Positions 48,423 to 60,255 of a stretch of 64,000 nt of DNA are shown piece by piece. Every line of letters starts with the position of its first letter. Position 1 is the first letter of the stretch. Location: positions 1,344,001-1,408,000 of the forward strand of contig OZ241865.1 of the NCBI GenBank assembly GCA_965203275.1. The letters run 5' to 3'. Origin of the DNA: Bdellovibrionales bacterium (GTDB lineage: Bacteria; Bdellovibrionota; Bdellovibrionia; Bdellovibrionales; JAUICD01). Position numbers and translations under genes: made by a program. The notes under the pieces were generated by a model. It was not told where the DNA came from and searched no databases. It worked only from the letters and a program-made list of their open reading frames with translations.

Positions 48423-51400
48423 ATGTATATATACAAAAAGTTTATTTATTTAGTTTGGTTTTATTTTTCATTTGTACAAATATTTGCACAAACACTTCTG
48501 CAAAAAAATTGCATAACGCAATTAGCCTACCCCCCCCCCCCCCCCCTTAAGTCCAGGTTTTGATTGTCTTAAAAAAAATCATTTTAAAAAGTGCAAACAG
48601 CTAGGGATGGGCTTAGTAGAGATGTTGATTGTGATGACCATGCTTGCCTTAATCAGTGTAGGTACAGCATATTACTTCACACAAAGTCAAACAGTGATGC
48701 GTTCATCTGCACAAGATTCAGATTGTCAGAGCATTGCCCAATCAGGTTTAGATAGAGTTGTCTCATTAGGGACTCGTCTTTATGGATATAGAGTAGGTCA
48801 TACTGACCCTGATCTTAGATATAACCCTCTTTTTATCAAGAGAGGAACTCAAATAACAGGTAGCACTCCAGTAGCTTATCGGATTACAGATACAAGCTCT
48901 GGTAATAATTTAAGCCTTACAAAAAAATATAAGGATTTATACAAAGCATTAACAAATAACACTCCCCCTGCCCTGCTTGTGAATACAGGAGTTCCTTTAG
49001 TAAAGCTTTCTAATAGTGGCTTTATTAATATAGGTACATCTGTGTTGCTGGTTAATTCTGTGAATTTTTTGCAGTATATGTATAATTCTGACCCTGCATT
49101 TTTTAATGGTAATAGTGGCAAAGGTAAAGAATTTACCATTACCAGTAGCACCCAAGCAAGTAATAAAGTGATAGCTTCATTATGGAAGGACTATCTTAAA
49201 AAGTACAACCTTCAAAATGTGAAATTCTACATCAGGATTAACCCTGTTGATCTGAAAAATCAAAAGGTGATAGAGAGTTATTCAGGTATTAAATGTCATT
49301 ATACAAGATATAATGGTTCAAAATTTGTCTCAACAGAGATTCCTTGCCCACGTCCATCCACTCACCCGGCACATAAGTTAGTGTTGACTCATCCTAGGCT
49401 TGCTGTTTCTGGGACTTCAACCTTAAATAGCTCATCAAATTTACGCACCATAGGCAATCCTGATTTAGGATTTCAGGTGACAGTTAAGTTAAGTTATGAA
49501 AAGAATAATCAGGATTATTTTTGTAAGAGCATGCAACGATTTGCTCACCAGACTCGTTTATTGATGGAGCAGACAACTCCAATTAATGTTTCAGTGACCT
49601 CCCTTAAGAATGACTATAACAAGAATTTACTACCTAATGGTGGTCGTAAGCAGACTTCATGTGACACAGATGACATAAATGGTACAGATGGTCATAGAAA
49701 CATCACCATGGAGTTAAATTTTGATAATACAGCCGGCAGAACAACTAAGGAGTTTGGAACATTATTTTTATGTCGTGGAATACGTTGGAAGTATCCTAAA
49801 AGAGGTTGTAACAATACTGCTTCAAGTGAAAAAATATATGGACCTTGGCGGAGATGTCATGAAGTGAAATTTCCAGATCAAAGAGGTCATACAGAGTCTG
49901 TTTTATTAAATAGCAGTGGCCATGATATAAAGCTACGATTAAAATTTAATAACTTAAAGGAAGATAGAAGCTATGCCTTAGAGATTGCAGAGGTATCGCA
50001 ATTAGGTATTTCTAAACCACCTTATCAGCGTATAACAAATAGTCGCTTTTATATAGATGCTACAAGACCTACATTAATTGCAAGTATAAATGATATTGAT
50101 GTCGGTCCACCAGAAGATATGCGAAGAGGAAGATCTTATTTATATAATGGCCATACAACAAATTGGGATTTACCTGAGGTTCGGTTTAAATATAATAGTA
50201 ATTATAAAAAAGGACCTGGTTTGCAGTGCAATGACGATGCTGTTGACTTTCATGGTTGTATTATTGATGAGTTTCATCATAATTTAGGAGACTGCACTGC
50301 AACACATCAGAGAGAAGATGGTAATGGCCTCTCATCTATTACTAGTGTTACCATGACTACTGACACCTCACAACATGCTTGTAGTGGTACTTTAAGTTCG
50401 CCGATTCCACATGGTCAACAAACAGTGAAGATCACTGCCAGTGATATTTGTGGCAGTGATCCTGAGTCCAGCGATCAACTTAAATGGGATACAGACCTTC
50501 CAAATACATTTGTTGCCAGACCTTTTCCAACAAGTCCTCATTGGCTTTACCGAAATGCTAGTAATGCTAGACCAAAATATACAATTCAAACACTCGTACC
50601 AGCTTCAGGGGCGGGTACATTCCCGAAGCATTATGCAGTGACATGTTATGGAAAGCAATACGGATATCATCCAAGAAAAGATGGGAATGGAGGGAGTATT
50701 GCTTGTGAATTTTATGGCAGTCTGAATAGTAGTCACTTAGATCATGATGGTTGCAATCCTGCAGACTTCGGGGTGAAGTATCATCATATTTGTGGTCGTA
50801 ATTCTGCTGTGCAAGCAAAAAAATGGGGTGTGTATGTGGCACATCCAAGTGCTGGTGGTGGCCTTTGTGACAAAGTACCTTGTGAACCTAATTTGATATG
50901 TTGTGATAAAAGTAAAGGTACTTGTGGAACTGGAGCAAGTGTAGGTGATAAAAAATGTGCTAACAAAGTAAGCAACCCAAGGTGTACTGATCCTAAAGGA
51001 GGTACACAGTCTAAGGACGATGAAACTCCATCTGGCTGTTCACCGCTAGGCCTCTATGACTGTCATTATACTTTGCCCTGTGAAGGAGATGCAGGAGAGC
51101 TAAAAAATAGAAGAGATAATGGTGTTGCTTGTAATGAAGATGGTGGTAAACGTGAAGGCGATGGATGTACTTTTAATAGAACTGGTCAGTGTAAACATAG
51201 AAATAGTTCCATAGCCCAGGGAAATAAACACTCTCAAGGTGCTATTCAAGCACATCATGGTGGTGATTGTCATCTTAATGGTAATTCAGAAATACCATGT
51301 ACTGTTCAAGCACAGTGTAAGCAGAAATATAAATATGCAAAAAGGAGCGACTCATGTGAATATCCTGGTAACCTTCCTGATGATCCACCTATAAAAAAGG

Positions 51401-52617
51401 ATTGTAACATTCATCCTCCTAATGAGCCAATCTATGAAATAGATGGTGAATGGACTAGTCAGGAACTTGATGGTGATGGAAAGGGTGTGTGTGCTGATTC
51501 TAATCCACTTGAACCATGTGATTTGAAAGTTGAAAAAGTAACAAATACAAATGACTGTAGAGCCAAGAATACGTCCTGTCCTTTGAAATTCATAGGGACT
51601 TGTCAAGAGCCACAAGGCAGAGGTTGCATTTCAAGAGGTCGTGGTGGTAGTTCAGGGGTACAATGTACTGCACGACCACCGACACCTTCTTCTTCACCCG
51701 GGGCAACCCCTCCTTCTACTCCAGACGCTCCAGGATTTGGAGCATGTGCAAGTGGGACATGCACCCATCCTTTTTGTGCAGAAAACTGTGCATCGCCAGG
51801 CAGATGCCATGTCAAAGATATAGGTGGTGTATGTCATCCTTCTTGTGGACATGCAGCTCGATTGAAATTTGGTAGAGATGGCTATGGACCTGATAGAAAG
51901 CCTAATACCTCTGACGATCTGCATTTTTATCGTCAGAGGCCAGCCACTACATGTAATGATCTTTCTATTACTTATTCTGATGGTGTTACAGTCAATAACT
52001 GGGTAGTACTATCATCTATTCAAGGTCGCATCCCATACGAAGTTTTAGAGCGTGGTGGTAGTAATGGTGTCTGCTGTATACGAGGCTCTGCTTCTTCACC
52101 TACTCCCACTCCTACTCCTACTCCTACTCCTGCATCTACACCTGCACCTGTACCCACACCTTCGGTATGTGAATTCGGAAGTTTTGCCATTTGTAACAAT
52201 GGAAAACCATCAGGAACAAGATGCGATCAGATAGGTGATGGATGCTATGACAGAATCTGCAAAGATGGATATATTGAACAGACCAACGGCACTTGCATTC
52301 AATCAACCCCTACCTGTTCTGGCAATCAATATGTCACTAAAGACACTTGTGAAAACGCTCTCCCCCTCCCCGGTAAAGACTTTTGTGTTAAAAACAACAG
52401 CAGTGGATGCTGGGTCCAAGGACCTCCCGTTCACGGACAATGTGGCAGTGATTGTGGTACATGCCGGTCCGGAGTAAGAGGAAGAGGTACTCTTAGTTGC
52501 AATCTACATCTACCTGATATACCTGAATATCAATGTTCCTGGGCTTGTGATGGACAAAATGGAGGACTAGGCTATCCAGATTGTAGAGCAAGTGATTTGT
52601 CTTCACCATGCGGTTGA
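48423..52617 (+). CDS. Giant Cys-rich protein with type IV prepilin-like N-terminus (putative adhesin); frameshifted at C17 tract 48530-48546
   Basis: Main ORF 48607-52617. In-frame upstream KKNHFKKCKQLG|MGLVEMLIV is a class III signal (G-1, E+5) with no start codon in that frame; ATG 48423 joins it if the tract is 16 or 19 C. Confidence 0.78.
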
Positions 52618-52663
52618 TTTATTTTTAATGTCCAAGTCATTTCTAGGACCTGATCCCAGTTGT

Positions 52664-52963
52664 TGCACTCAAAATAAATCATGCATCTGTTTCCCTAAAA
52701 TTGAACTAGCCGTCATTTTCACTCAAAATGCATCATGCCTCTGGCATGTTTTTGGGCAATGACCGCAATGGCTTTCGCCATTGGCAAAATGGTCATTGCC
52801 TCAAAAATCTATGCATTTTGAGTAGAGGAGGATATCTTCGTTTTTTGACTACATGTTAAGGAAAATATCCTTTTAATACCAGTTAGCCCGACGGCTACCG
52901 CCGTCGACCAAAGGCTAACCGCCTCAAAAGCTTGTTCATTTTGAGTAGAGGAGGATCTCCTCG
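52664..52963 (+). repeat. Two stacked A heads, a full A + tail and a right-half A
   Basis: ..CATGCATCTG|TTTCCCTAAAATTGAACTAGCCGTCAT|TTTCACTCAAAATGCAT..; full copy 52717-52864; half copy 52880-52963. Confidence 0.88.
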
Positions 52964-52997
52964 TCACCAGCAAATCTTATAATTGAAAAAAGACAAT

Positions 52998-53966
52998 TTA
53001 TTTTTTCAGCTTGAGAATGTCATTTTTAGACAAACCTGTCATTGTAGAGATCAATGAAATATTAAGATTTTCTTTTAACATATTTAGTGCTATTTTTTCC
53101 ATTCCTTTCTCCATCCCTTCCTCACGACCCTTCTCAATACCCTTCTTAAAACCCTTCTCCATCCCTTCTTCACGACCCTTCTCAAGACCTTCTTCACGAC
53201 CCTCGTCACGAACAAATTCTTCTCTGTCTACTTGATCCCTCCTAGCTCTCTCTTTCACCATATCAAGCTCTTGTAATGTCTCATCTTTTGATAATACCCA
53301 TAAATGCTCAGCTGCCTCTGCCATGATGCCTCCTTTATCTTTGAAATACAAATATTCCTTTTGGTCCATCTGACCCGACCTCTTTAAAAAATAACACCAA
53401 TTCTCTTTTATGTCAATTAATTCTCCTAATTGGGACTGAAATTTATCTAATTCTACTATCACAAAACTCATACCCCGTGACATCACTACTTCTGGATGCC
53501 CTATCCGACGAATATTGCAAACATGGTAATAGTCCTTTATTCCTTCAAATTCTTTTAAATTTACAGTTGTGAAAACCAATGAATACACGGGAAGTAACTT
53601 ATCAACATTCTCCCCTTTCCTAATTTGACCTGAATAGAGCCGAGATAAATACATCAGTAACCTATCCGTAAAATGCTTTTGAGCTGTCGTTTGAACTTCT
53701 ACATTCGCAGTCTCTGTATTTTGAAGAACGCCATTAATCCTTCTTCTTAACTGTACTCGCAAATCTAAAACAAAAAATTTATACTCCTCTGGGAATTTAT
53801 CCGATGGAAGTTCTGTATTTAATATATGGATGTCTTCTATTACAGAACCCTCTGGCAATGGAAGAAAATTCTCCATTATTGAAATCAAAAGCTTTTTCTT
53901 CCTTGTAAAGAATGCCTTAAAATTACGATCCTGTGTTAAACTTAAATTCTTGCTTGGTTTTTTCAT
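52998..53966 (-). CDS. Rpn family recombination-promoting nuclease / PD-(D/E)XK putative transposase, copy 2
   Basis: Near-identical to 1395-2336 up to the EEGLEKGREEG repeats; different C-terminal tail. Confidence 0.85.
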   Translation of the reverse strand: MKKPSKNLSLTQDRNFKAFFTRKKKLLISIMENFLPLPEGSVIEDIHILNTELPSDKFPEEYKFFVLDLRVQLRRRINGVLQNTETANVEVQTTAQKHFTDRLLMYLSRLYSGQIRKGENVDKLLPVYSLVFTTVNLKEFEGIKDYYHVCNIRRIGHPEVVMSRGMSFVIVELDKFQSQLGELIDIKENWCYFLKRSGQMDQKEYLYFKDKGGIMAEAAEHLWVLSKDETLQELDMVKERARRDQVDREEFVRDEGREEGLEKGREEGMEKGFKKGIEKGREEGMEKGMEKIALNMLKENLNISLISTMTGLSKNDILKLKK

Positions 53967-54358
53967 CTTGTACACCTCATTCTTGTTATCTTAAGTTTAA
54001 TAGTAAAAAATCACTTAAGTCAAATATACTTTGTTTGTCATAACATTTGACTGACTTATAACTATTCTAAGAATAATATGTATTATTCTGTGATCTTTTC
54101 TACAAAGATCATTCCTCTGGGAATCCAGATCCCGGGATCCCAGCTCCCAGATAAACTCCATACTAAAAAAACAAGGCAAATTTTGACACCATGTTCAGAA
54201 AAAAGCATTTTTTAAAATTATTTTAAGGAATATTTCCACGATATGGTGTAAAAGGCAATGAGGTTTTTTCTACTCAAAATACATGGTGCATCTTAAAACA
54301 CATAGTGCATCTTATAAATATCAAAATATATAGCACATACATAAACTAAGGAATACAA

Positions 54359-57300
54359 ATGCCTAAAAAACAAGACATATCATCGGTTTTAATTGTTGGA
54401 GCTGGACCAATTGTGATTGGACAGGCTTGTGAGTTTGATTACTCTGGTACACAAGCCTGCAAAGCCCTTAAAGAAGAAGGCATCCGAGTCATTTTAATTA
54501 ATTCTAATCCAGCAACTATTATGACAGACCCTCAAATGGCTGATGCCACTTATATTGAACCTATTACACTTGAATCTATTGAAAAAATTATTATTAAAGA
54601 AAAACCTGACGCTCTATTAAGTACTGTGGGAGGACAAACTGCTCTTAACACAGGACTAGAGCTATGGAAAAAGGGAGTGTTAGATAAATACAATGTACAA
54701 ATGATTGGTGCTAAACCAGAGGTGATTGAAAAAGCAGAAGATCGCCAGCTTTTCAACAAAGCTATGGAAAAAATCGGACTGGAAGTTCCTCGAAGTGCCA
54801 TTGTTTCATCTCTACAAGAAGGACTTGAACAGCTAGACAAAATTGGCTTACCTGCAATCCTCCGTCCATCTTTTACTTTAGGCGGAATAGGTGGAGGGAT
54901 TGCTCACAACTTAGAAGAGTTTAAGCAAATCCTTAACTATGGGTTGGGTCTTTCACCCAACCATCAGGTTTTGATCAATGAGTCTGTCTTAGGCTGGAAA
55001 GAATATGAAATGGAAGTTGTCCATGACCACAATAACACGGCCATTATTATTTGTTCTATAGAAAATTTAGACCCTATGGGTGTACACACTGGAGATAGTA
55101 TCACTGTAGCTCCTGCTCTTACTCTGACAGACAAAGAATACCAAGAAATGCGAGAAGCTTCTATTGCTGTATTAAGAGAAATTGGCGTTGAAACAGGGGG
55201 ATCTAATGTGCAGTTTGCTATTAATCCTCAAAATGGCAAAATGTTTGTGATAGAAATGAACCCTCGAGTTTCCCGATCTTCTGCATTGGCCTCTAAGGTG
55301 ACAGGCTTTCCCATTGCTAAAGTAGCTGCTAAGCTGGCCATTGGCTATACATTAGATGAAATTCAAAACGATGTGACACAAGCAACACCCATTTGTTTTG
55401 AACCCTCTATCGATTATATTGTAACCAAAATCCCTCGTTTTAACTTTGAAAAATTCAATGGCACGAAGCCTATTTTATCTAGCTCTATGCAATCTGTAGG
55501 TGAGGTGATGTCTATTGGTCGTAGCTTTGCTGAAAGCCTACAAAAAGGACTTTGTTCTTTAGAAATAGGACTTACAGGCCTTAACACCCCTATCATTGAA
55601 GGAATAGACCAAACACAAACTCAAACCCAAACCCAAACCCAAACTCAAACCAAGCAAGAAAAACAAGCTATTTTAAAAAAAACTTTAAGCAGTTTATATT
55701 CTGATCGCATCTTACAAGTGGCAGAAGCTTTAAGATGGGACTTGTCTGTTGATGAAATCTATAAAATCACAGGTATTGATCCCTGGTTTTTAAAAGAGAT
55801 CCAAAAAATTATCATAAAAGAGAAAAAAATCCAAACTCAAGGCCTACCTACAAATAAAATAAAGCTTTTACGTTTAAAAAAAATGGGCTTTTCTGATGCC
55901 CGTTTAGCAGAACTTTCTGGGAAAACTCAAGAAGAGATTTGTCAGTTAAGACACCAATTAAATATTAGACCTGTTTTTAAAAGAGTGGACACCTGTGCAG
56001 GTGAGTTTGAGTGTAAAACAGCTTATTTATATTCTAGTTATGAAGGTGATGGTCTTTCAACAACGGAGTGTGAGGCTTTCCCCTCGACCCAAAAAAAGGT
56101 CATTATACTAGGCAGTGGTCCTAACCGTATTGGTCAAGGCATTGAATTTGACTATAGTTGTGTGCATGCAGCTATGAGCCTCTCTGCTACTCATCTAGAA
56201 ACCATTATGATCAATTGTAATCCTGAAACAGTTTCTACAGATTATGACACTTCTGATAAATTATACTTTGAAGGACTTTGTGCAGAAAATGTTTTAGAGA
56301 TCATTCATTGTGAACAACAAAAAGGACAACTCTTAGGAGTGATTGTGCAGTTGGGAGGGCAAACCCCTCTTAAATTATCACAAGCTTTACAAAAAGCCAA
56401 TGTTCCTATTTTAGGTACCTCACCTGACAAGATTGACTTAGCCGAAAATAGAGAACGTATGCAAAAACTACTGACTCATTTAAAGATCAAACAACCTCAA
56501 AGCACTATAGCTTATAATATGAAAGAGATGGCTTCTACAATTGGCAATCTAGGCTATCCTGTTGTCATACGCCCTTCTAATGTGTTAGGTGGGCGGGCTA
56601 TGGCTATTTTGAAAAGCCCTCAATGTTTAGAAAGATATTTAAAAGAAAATCAATATATGATTTTAGATGGGCCTATTTTAATTGATAGGTTTTTAGAAAA
56701 TGCAATAGAGGTTGACGTAGACGCAATCAGTGATGGCAAGGATGTTTATATTGCAGGTATGATGCAACATATTGAACATGCAGGCATTCATTCAGGAGAT
56801 TCAGCTTGTGTCCTCCCTCCTTATAGCTTATCAAAATCCCTCCAAAATGAAATAACCCAAAGTACTGTCCATTTAGCAAAAGCCTTGTCCATAAAAGGTT
56901 TTATTAATGTTCAGTATGCTATATATAAGGAAAAACTTTATGTGATTGAGGTCAATCCAAGAGTTTCACGGACTGTGCCTTTTGTTGCTAAAGCTACAGG
57001 TGTGCCGATTGTAGCAATAGCCTCTCAAATTATAGTAGCATTTCAAAAGCTTGCTGATTTTAATTTGCCATCTAGTGTGCCTGAGCATTTCTCTGTCAAA
57101 GAAGTGGTTTTACCTTTTTCTCGATTGTCTGGTGCAGATACACTCTTAGGGCCAGAAATGAAATCCACAGGAGAAGCTATGGGTTGGGATCAGAACTTAC
57201 CTATAGCCTTTGCTAAAACTCAAGTGGCAGCTTTTAATCCCATCCAGACACAAGGGACAGCTTTAGTTGTCTATCCAAAAGAACTCAAAGAACAAGCTTT

Positions 57301-57742
57301 ATTTATGCTTAAGTCATTTATTGGTTTAGGTTTTAAAGTAGGTATTTTAAGGGAGCTTATAGGAGATCTATCAGAAGAAGAATCAAAAAGCATTTTTTCT
57401 TTAGAAGATGCTTTATTTACATTTATAAGACAGGAGAAAAAAACAAAGGATCATCAGAGCAGAGGAGAGCAACAAGATTTTGCTTCTTTAAGTTTGGTAG
57501 ATTTGTTAGATTTTATACAGTCAAAAAGGATAGATTTTGTAGTGAATGTGGATCGCAGTGAACGTTTAAAAGTTTTTAGAAAAGCTATTTTATTAAGTCA
57601 TCTAAGTTGCTTTTCTACCCATGAATCTGCTTTATCAGCTCTTGACTTCATAAAGTACAGTCATAGCAAAAATATATCTCCTAATGCTTGGAATATTGCT
57701 CCTATTCAATCTTTACTCTCCCACCAGTCATCTTGTTTGTGA
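54359..57742 (+). CDS. carB: Carbamoyl-phosphate synthase large subunit
   Basis: [64 protein letters not shown]; (QT)n insertion near 55610-55652. Confidence 0.97.
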   Translation: MPKKQDISSVLIVGAGPIVIGQACEFDYSGTQACKALKEEGIRVILINSNPATIMTDPQMADATYIEPITLESIEKIIIKEKPDALLSTVGGQTALNTGLELWKKGVLDKYNVQMIGAKPEVIEKAEDRQLFNKAMEKIGLEVPRSAIVSSLQEGLEQLDKIGLPAILRPSFTLGGIGGGIAHNLEEFKQILNYGLGLSPNHQVLINESVLGWKEYEMEVVHDHNNTAIIICSIENLDPMGVHTGDSITVAPALTLTDKEYQEMREASIAVLREIGVETGGSNVQFAINPQNGKMFVIEMNPRVSRSSALASKVTGFPIAKVAAKLAIGYTLDEIQNDVTQATPICFEPSIDYIVTKIPRFNFEKFNGTKPILSSSMQSVGEVMSIGRSFAESLQKGLCSLEIGLTGLNTPIIEGIDQTQTQTQTQTQTQTKQEKQAILKKTLSSLYSDRILQVAEALRWDLSVDEIYKITGIDPWFLKEIQKIIIKEKKIQTQGLPTNKIKLLRLKKMGFSDARLAELSGKTQEEICQLRHQLNIRPVFKRVDTCAGEFECKTAYLYSSYEGDGLSTTECEAFPSTQKKVIILGSGPNRIGQGIEFDYSCVHAAMSLSATHLETIMINCNPETVSTDYDTSDKLYFEGLCAENVLEIIHCEQQKGQLLGVIVQLGGQTPLKLSQALQKANVPILGTSPDKIDLAENRERMQKLLTHLKIKQPQSTIAYNMKEMASTIGNLGYPVVIRPSNVLGGRAMAILKSPQCLERYLKENQYMILDGPILIDRFLENAIEVDVDAISDGKDVYIAGMMQHIEHAGIHSGDSACVLPPYSLSKSLQNEITQSTVHLAKALSIKGFINVQYAIYKEKLYVIEVNPRVSRTVPFVAKATGVPIVAIASQIIVAFQKLADFNLPSSVPEHFSVKEVVLPFSRLSGADTLLGPEMKSTGEAMGWDQNLPIAFAKTQVAAFNPIQTQGTALVVYPKELKEQALFMLKSFIGLGFKVGILRELIGDLSEEESKSIFSLEDALFTFIRQEKKTKDHQSRGEQQDFASLSLVDLLDFIQSKRIDFVVNVDRSERLKVFRKAILLSHLSCFSTHESALSALDFIKYSHSKNISPNAWNIAPIQSLLSHQSSCL

Positions 57743-57803
57743 AGATTTGTTATTTTATGGATAGTGACTATAGAGTTTTTTAAAACAGAAAGACATATAT
57801 ATT

Positions 57804-57885
57804 TGTATTATATTGATACAAAATCCTAGAAAAATCATATATTCTTTATATTTTTCGCTCAATTGCCGATAATTTGTTTATAATA
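57804..57885 (+). promoter_or_regulatory. Promoter block of the pilin gene with sigma28-like GCCGATAA
   Basis: GCCGATAA matches the FliA -10 consensus; block shared with 48180-48262. Confidence 0.65.
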
Positions 57886-57944
57886 TAGTATATTAGACCA
57901 TTGTAAAAAGCATGATTTAAGTTAAAAAACAAAGGAGTTTTAAA

Positions 57945-58556
57945 ATGACTTTAAATATAAAAGGATTTTCTCTTATAGAACTAATGGTGGTTGTAGCTAT
58001 TATTGGTCTTTTAAGTACTGTGGCTATCCCCCAATATCAAAAGTACAAGCAGAGAGCTATACAAGCTGAGGCTAAACTTTCCTTATCTACACTTTACACA
58101 ATGGAAAAAGTATTTATCACCAATTATGGATGGGGTACGTCTAACTTTTCACAACTTGGCTTTGAACCAAAGGGCGTTTATCATTATACGGCAGGATGGG
58201 GTTTTCAAGCAAAGAATGGGACGCCTTTCAATGTCAATGAGAAAACAAGGGTAGCCATAACAGCAACACCTTACACAGGGCCTCTAAGTACTCGTGGTAC
58301 ATTAAACATATTTAATAGATGTAGAAGTAATGCAAGGCCAAATAGAAAAAACCATAATTGTTTTTTGAAAACGAGGAGTGGTGGCCTGGGCCTACCACAT
58401 ATCGCCACAAGGGCCCAGACTGGCTTAGCTCAAGACAGACATGTAAGGATAGATAACATTGGATACAAAAATGTAAAGTTTTTAATTGGAGCACAAAATA
58501 TGCATAGAGATAAGTGGATTATAACAGAGAATAAAACACTAGTTAATTTTGATTAA
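57945..58556 (+). CDS. Type IV pilin-like protein
   Basis: KG|FSLIELMVVVAIIGLLSTVAIPQYQKY...Q.EAK..L; AAGGAG RBS. Confidence 0.92.
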   Translation: MTLNIKGFSLIELMVVVAIIGLLSTVAIPQYQKYKQRAIQAEAKLSLSTLYTMEKVFITNYGWGTSNFSQLGFEPKGVYHYTAGWGFQAKNGTPFNVNEKTRVAITATPYTGPLSTRGTLNIFNRCRSNARPNRKNHNCFLKTRSGGLGLPHIATRAQTGLAQDRHVRIDNIGYKNVKFLIGAQNMHRDKWIITENKTLVNFD

Positions 58557-58617
58557 TTATGTTCCTGAGCATATAGAAAGGCCAACAGAACTTTTTTTAA
58601 AGTCCTTGAAGTTTGCT

Positions 58618-59595
58618 TCAAGAGTGACTTTTAAGTGCAAGTTCTTCAAAAAGCAATGCTCTATCTACATAACCTTCTATCCGATAAGTCATCTCTAAAG
58701 TAAATTTAAAAAGTTCAAAAAGCTTTTGATTTGGTACACCTGAGACTTTTACAAAATGAGGCTTTAAATCTTTATTCATTAAATCTTCATATCCAAGCCT
58801 TAAAAGCAATATATCTCTTAAAAACTGCCCTAGATAAGTGACCACCCAAAGAGCTTCAAGACGATCCAATGATTGTGTTTGTTGTTTGATTTTTAAAAAA
58901 GCATCAGAAATATAAGACTGAAATAAGTTTTCAAAAATATCTATAGCCTCCTGTCTTAAATGGCTGTTGTTTAAAAATTGATGGAGCAAATCCGCTCGCC
59001 CTTGACAAGATTTTAACATCCAATCAGGTAAGCTATCTTTTTGCATTATTTTTTGGAGGTTCTCAGGAGATAAAGGAGAGAAGACAAGACTCTGAAAACG
59101 ACTATTTAAAGTAGGCAAAATATGACCTCTACTATTTGTAATAAAAATAAAATATGTGTTTGCTTGAGAGGCTTTGTTGTGAGGAGGTTCTTCAAGTGTT
59201 TTAAGAAGGATATTGGAGGCTTGTAGATTGAGACATTCTGCATCCTTTACAATGACAACCTTAGCTTTTCCTAAAGCTCGAAATTGTAAAAAATCAATAA
59301 TGCTTTTGGCTTGCTCTACCCCAATGATATTTTTTTCAGGTGCTATATAACAAAGACTTTCACTTTGCTGAGAAGCTATCCTTAAACAAGGACCACACTG
59401 ACCACAAGCTTGCAAAAAAGATATAGGTTTTTCACAAAGCATACACTGAGTTAAGGCAAGTGCCATACCAGATTTACCTATCCCAGAGGGACCTAGAAAA
59501 AGCAAATTATAAGGCAAACAATCTTGCTCAAGCAATTTTGCAAGTTTTGTTTTCATTGCCTGATGGCCTTGAATATTTTGAATAAGACAGGTCAT
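58618..59595 (-). CDS. holB: DNA polymerase III subunit delta prime
   Basis: LF.GPSGIGK, CGQCGPC, ASN.LLKTLEEPP, ILPT..SR; downstream of tmk. Confidence 0.9.
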   Translation of the reverse strand: MTCLIQNIQGHQAMKTKLAKLLEQDCLPYNLLFLGPSGIGKSGMALALTQCMLCEKPISFLQACGQCGPCLRIASQQSESLCYIAPEKNIIGVEQAKSIIDFLQFRALGKAKVVIVKDAECLNLQASNILLKTLEEPPHNKASQANTYFIFITNSRGHILPTLNSRFQSLVFSPLSPENLQKIMQKDSLPDWMLKSCQGRADLLHQFLNNSHLRQEAIDIFENLFQSYISDAFLKIKQQTQSLDRLEALWVVTYLGQFLRDILLLRLGYEDLMNKDLKPHFVKVSGVPNQKLFELFKFTLEMTYRIEGYVDRALLFEELALKSHS

Positions 59596-59613
59596 AACAA
59601 TACCTTTGGTTGG

Positions 59614-59820
59614 TTCACTAAAAGTGGTCTGACCTCTGGTCACTTTCTGGCAATGACCACGATGGCTTTCGCCATCGATAAAATGGTCATTGCCTAGAAA
59701 GCCTGACCACTTTTAGTAGGGAGGATATCCTCATTTCTTAACACGATGTTAAGGAAAAAGATTTCCTTCTGATGCCGGTTGCCAAATCCCGGATCCCGGA
59801 TAAACACCATATTAAGGAAA
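59614..59820 (+). repeat. Module A + tail, heptamers and a second tail fragment
   Basis: Full A 59614-59757; GATGCCGG/ATCCCGG; CCATATTAAGGAAA. Confidence 0.9.
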
Positions 59821-59876
59821 AAGTTCCTTTATTGCAAGCCACTTGCTCCTTAAAAACATTTTAGAAGCATATCTTG

Positions 59877-60022
59877 TTTCCTTAACATGGTGTAAGAAGC
59901 AAGAAGATTCGCCCTACTCAAAATGCATAGATTTTTGAGGCAATGACTATTTTGTCAACGGCGTAAGCCGTTGCGGTCATTGCCCAAAAACATGCCAGAG
60001 GCATGATGCATTTTGAGTGAAA
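59877..60022 (-). repeat. Module A + tail, reverse orientation
   Basis: Reverse: TTTCACTCAAAATGCAT-CATGCCTCTGGCATG-TTTTTGGGCAATGACC-GCAACGGCTTACGCCGTTG...CCATGTTAAGGAAA. Confidence 0.9.
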
Positions 60023-60024
60023 TG

Positions 60025-60255
60025 TTAAGGAAAAAGAGTTTCATTGAGATTTCTTAGAGAGCCAAGACTAATATAGTAAAATTTCCTACGATCTTTTGCT
60101 GTAGGTTTAGCAGATCCTTCAGCTAAGTTAAGTACAATACTTGAGACAGCCCTTCGAAATTGACTTCTATGAGGCTCTTTCAGATGTAATTTTTTAGAAT
60201 TACGATAAAATTGAGTAGCTAATTGATAAGTTTTGAATTTTTGTTTTTGTTTCAC
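60025..60255 (-). pseudogene. Four-helix-bundle protein (TIGR02436 / 23S rRNA IVP-like, Avd-related fold), truncated by repeats
   Basis: F.TYQLA..FY...Q..RA.SSI.LNLAEG..K.T.KD...F..I.LGSLR; start codon and last residues come from the flanking repeats; last helix missing. Confidence 0.8.

Noticed and set aside
59596..59643. N-terminal extension of HolB in the ORF track
   Set aside because: The GTG lies within a module A copy; ATG at 59595 gives a normal N-terminus.
60025..60255. Diversity-generating retroelement (Avd-like gene)
   Set aside because: No reverse transcriptase and no TR/VR pair with adenine-specific mismatches seen in the window.
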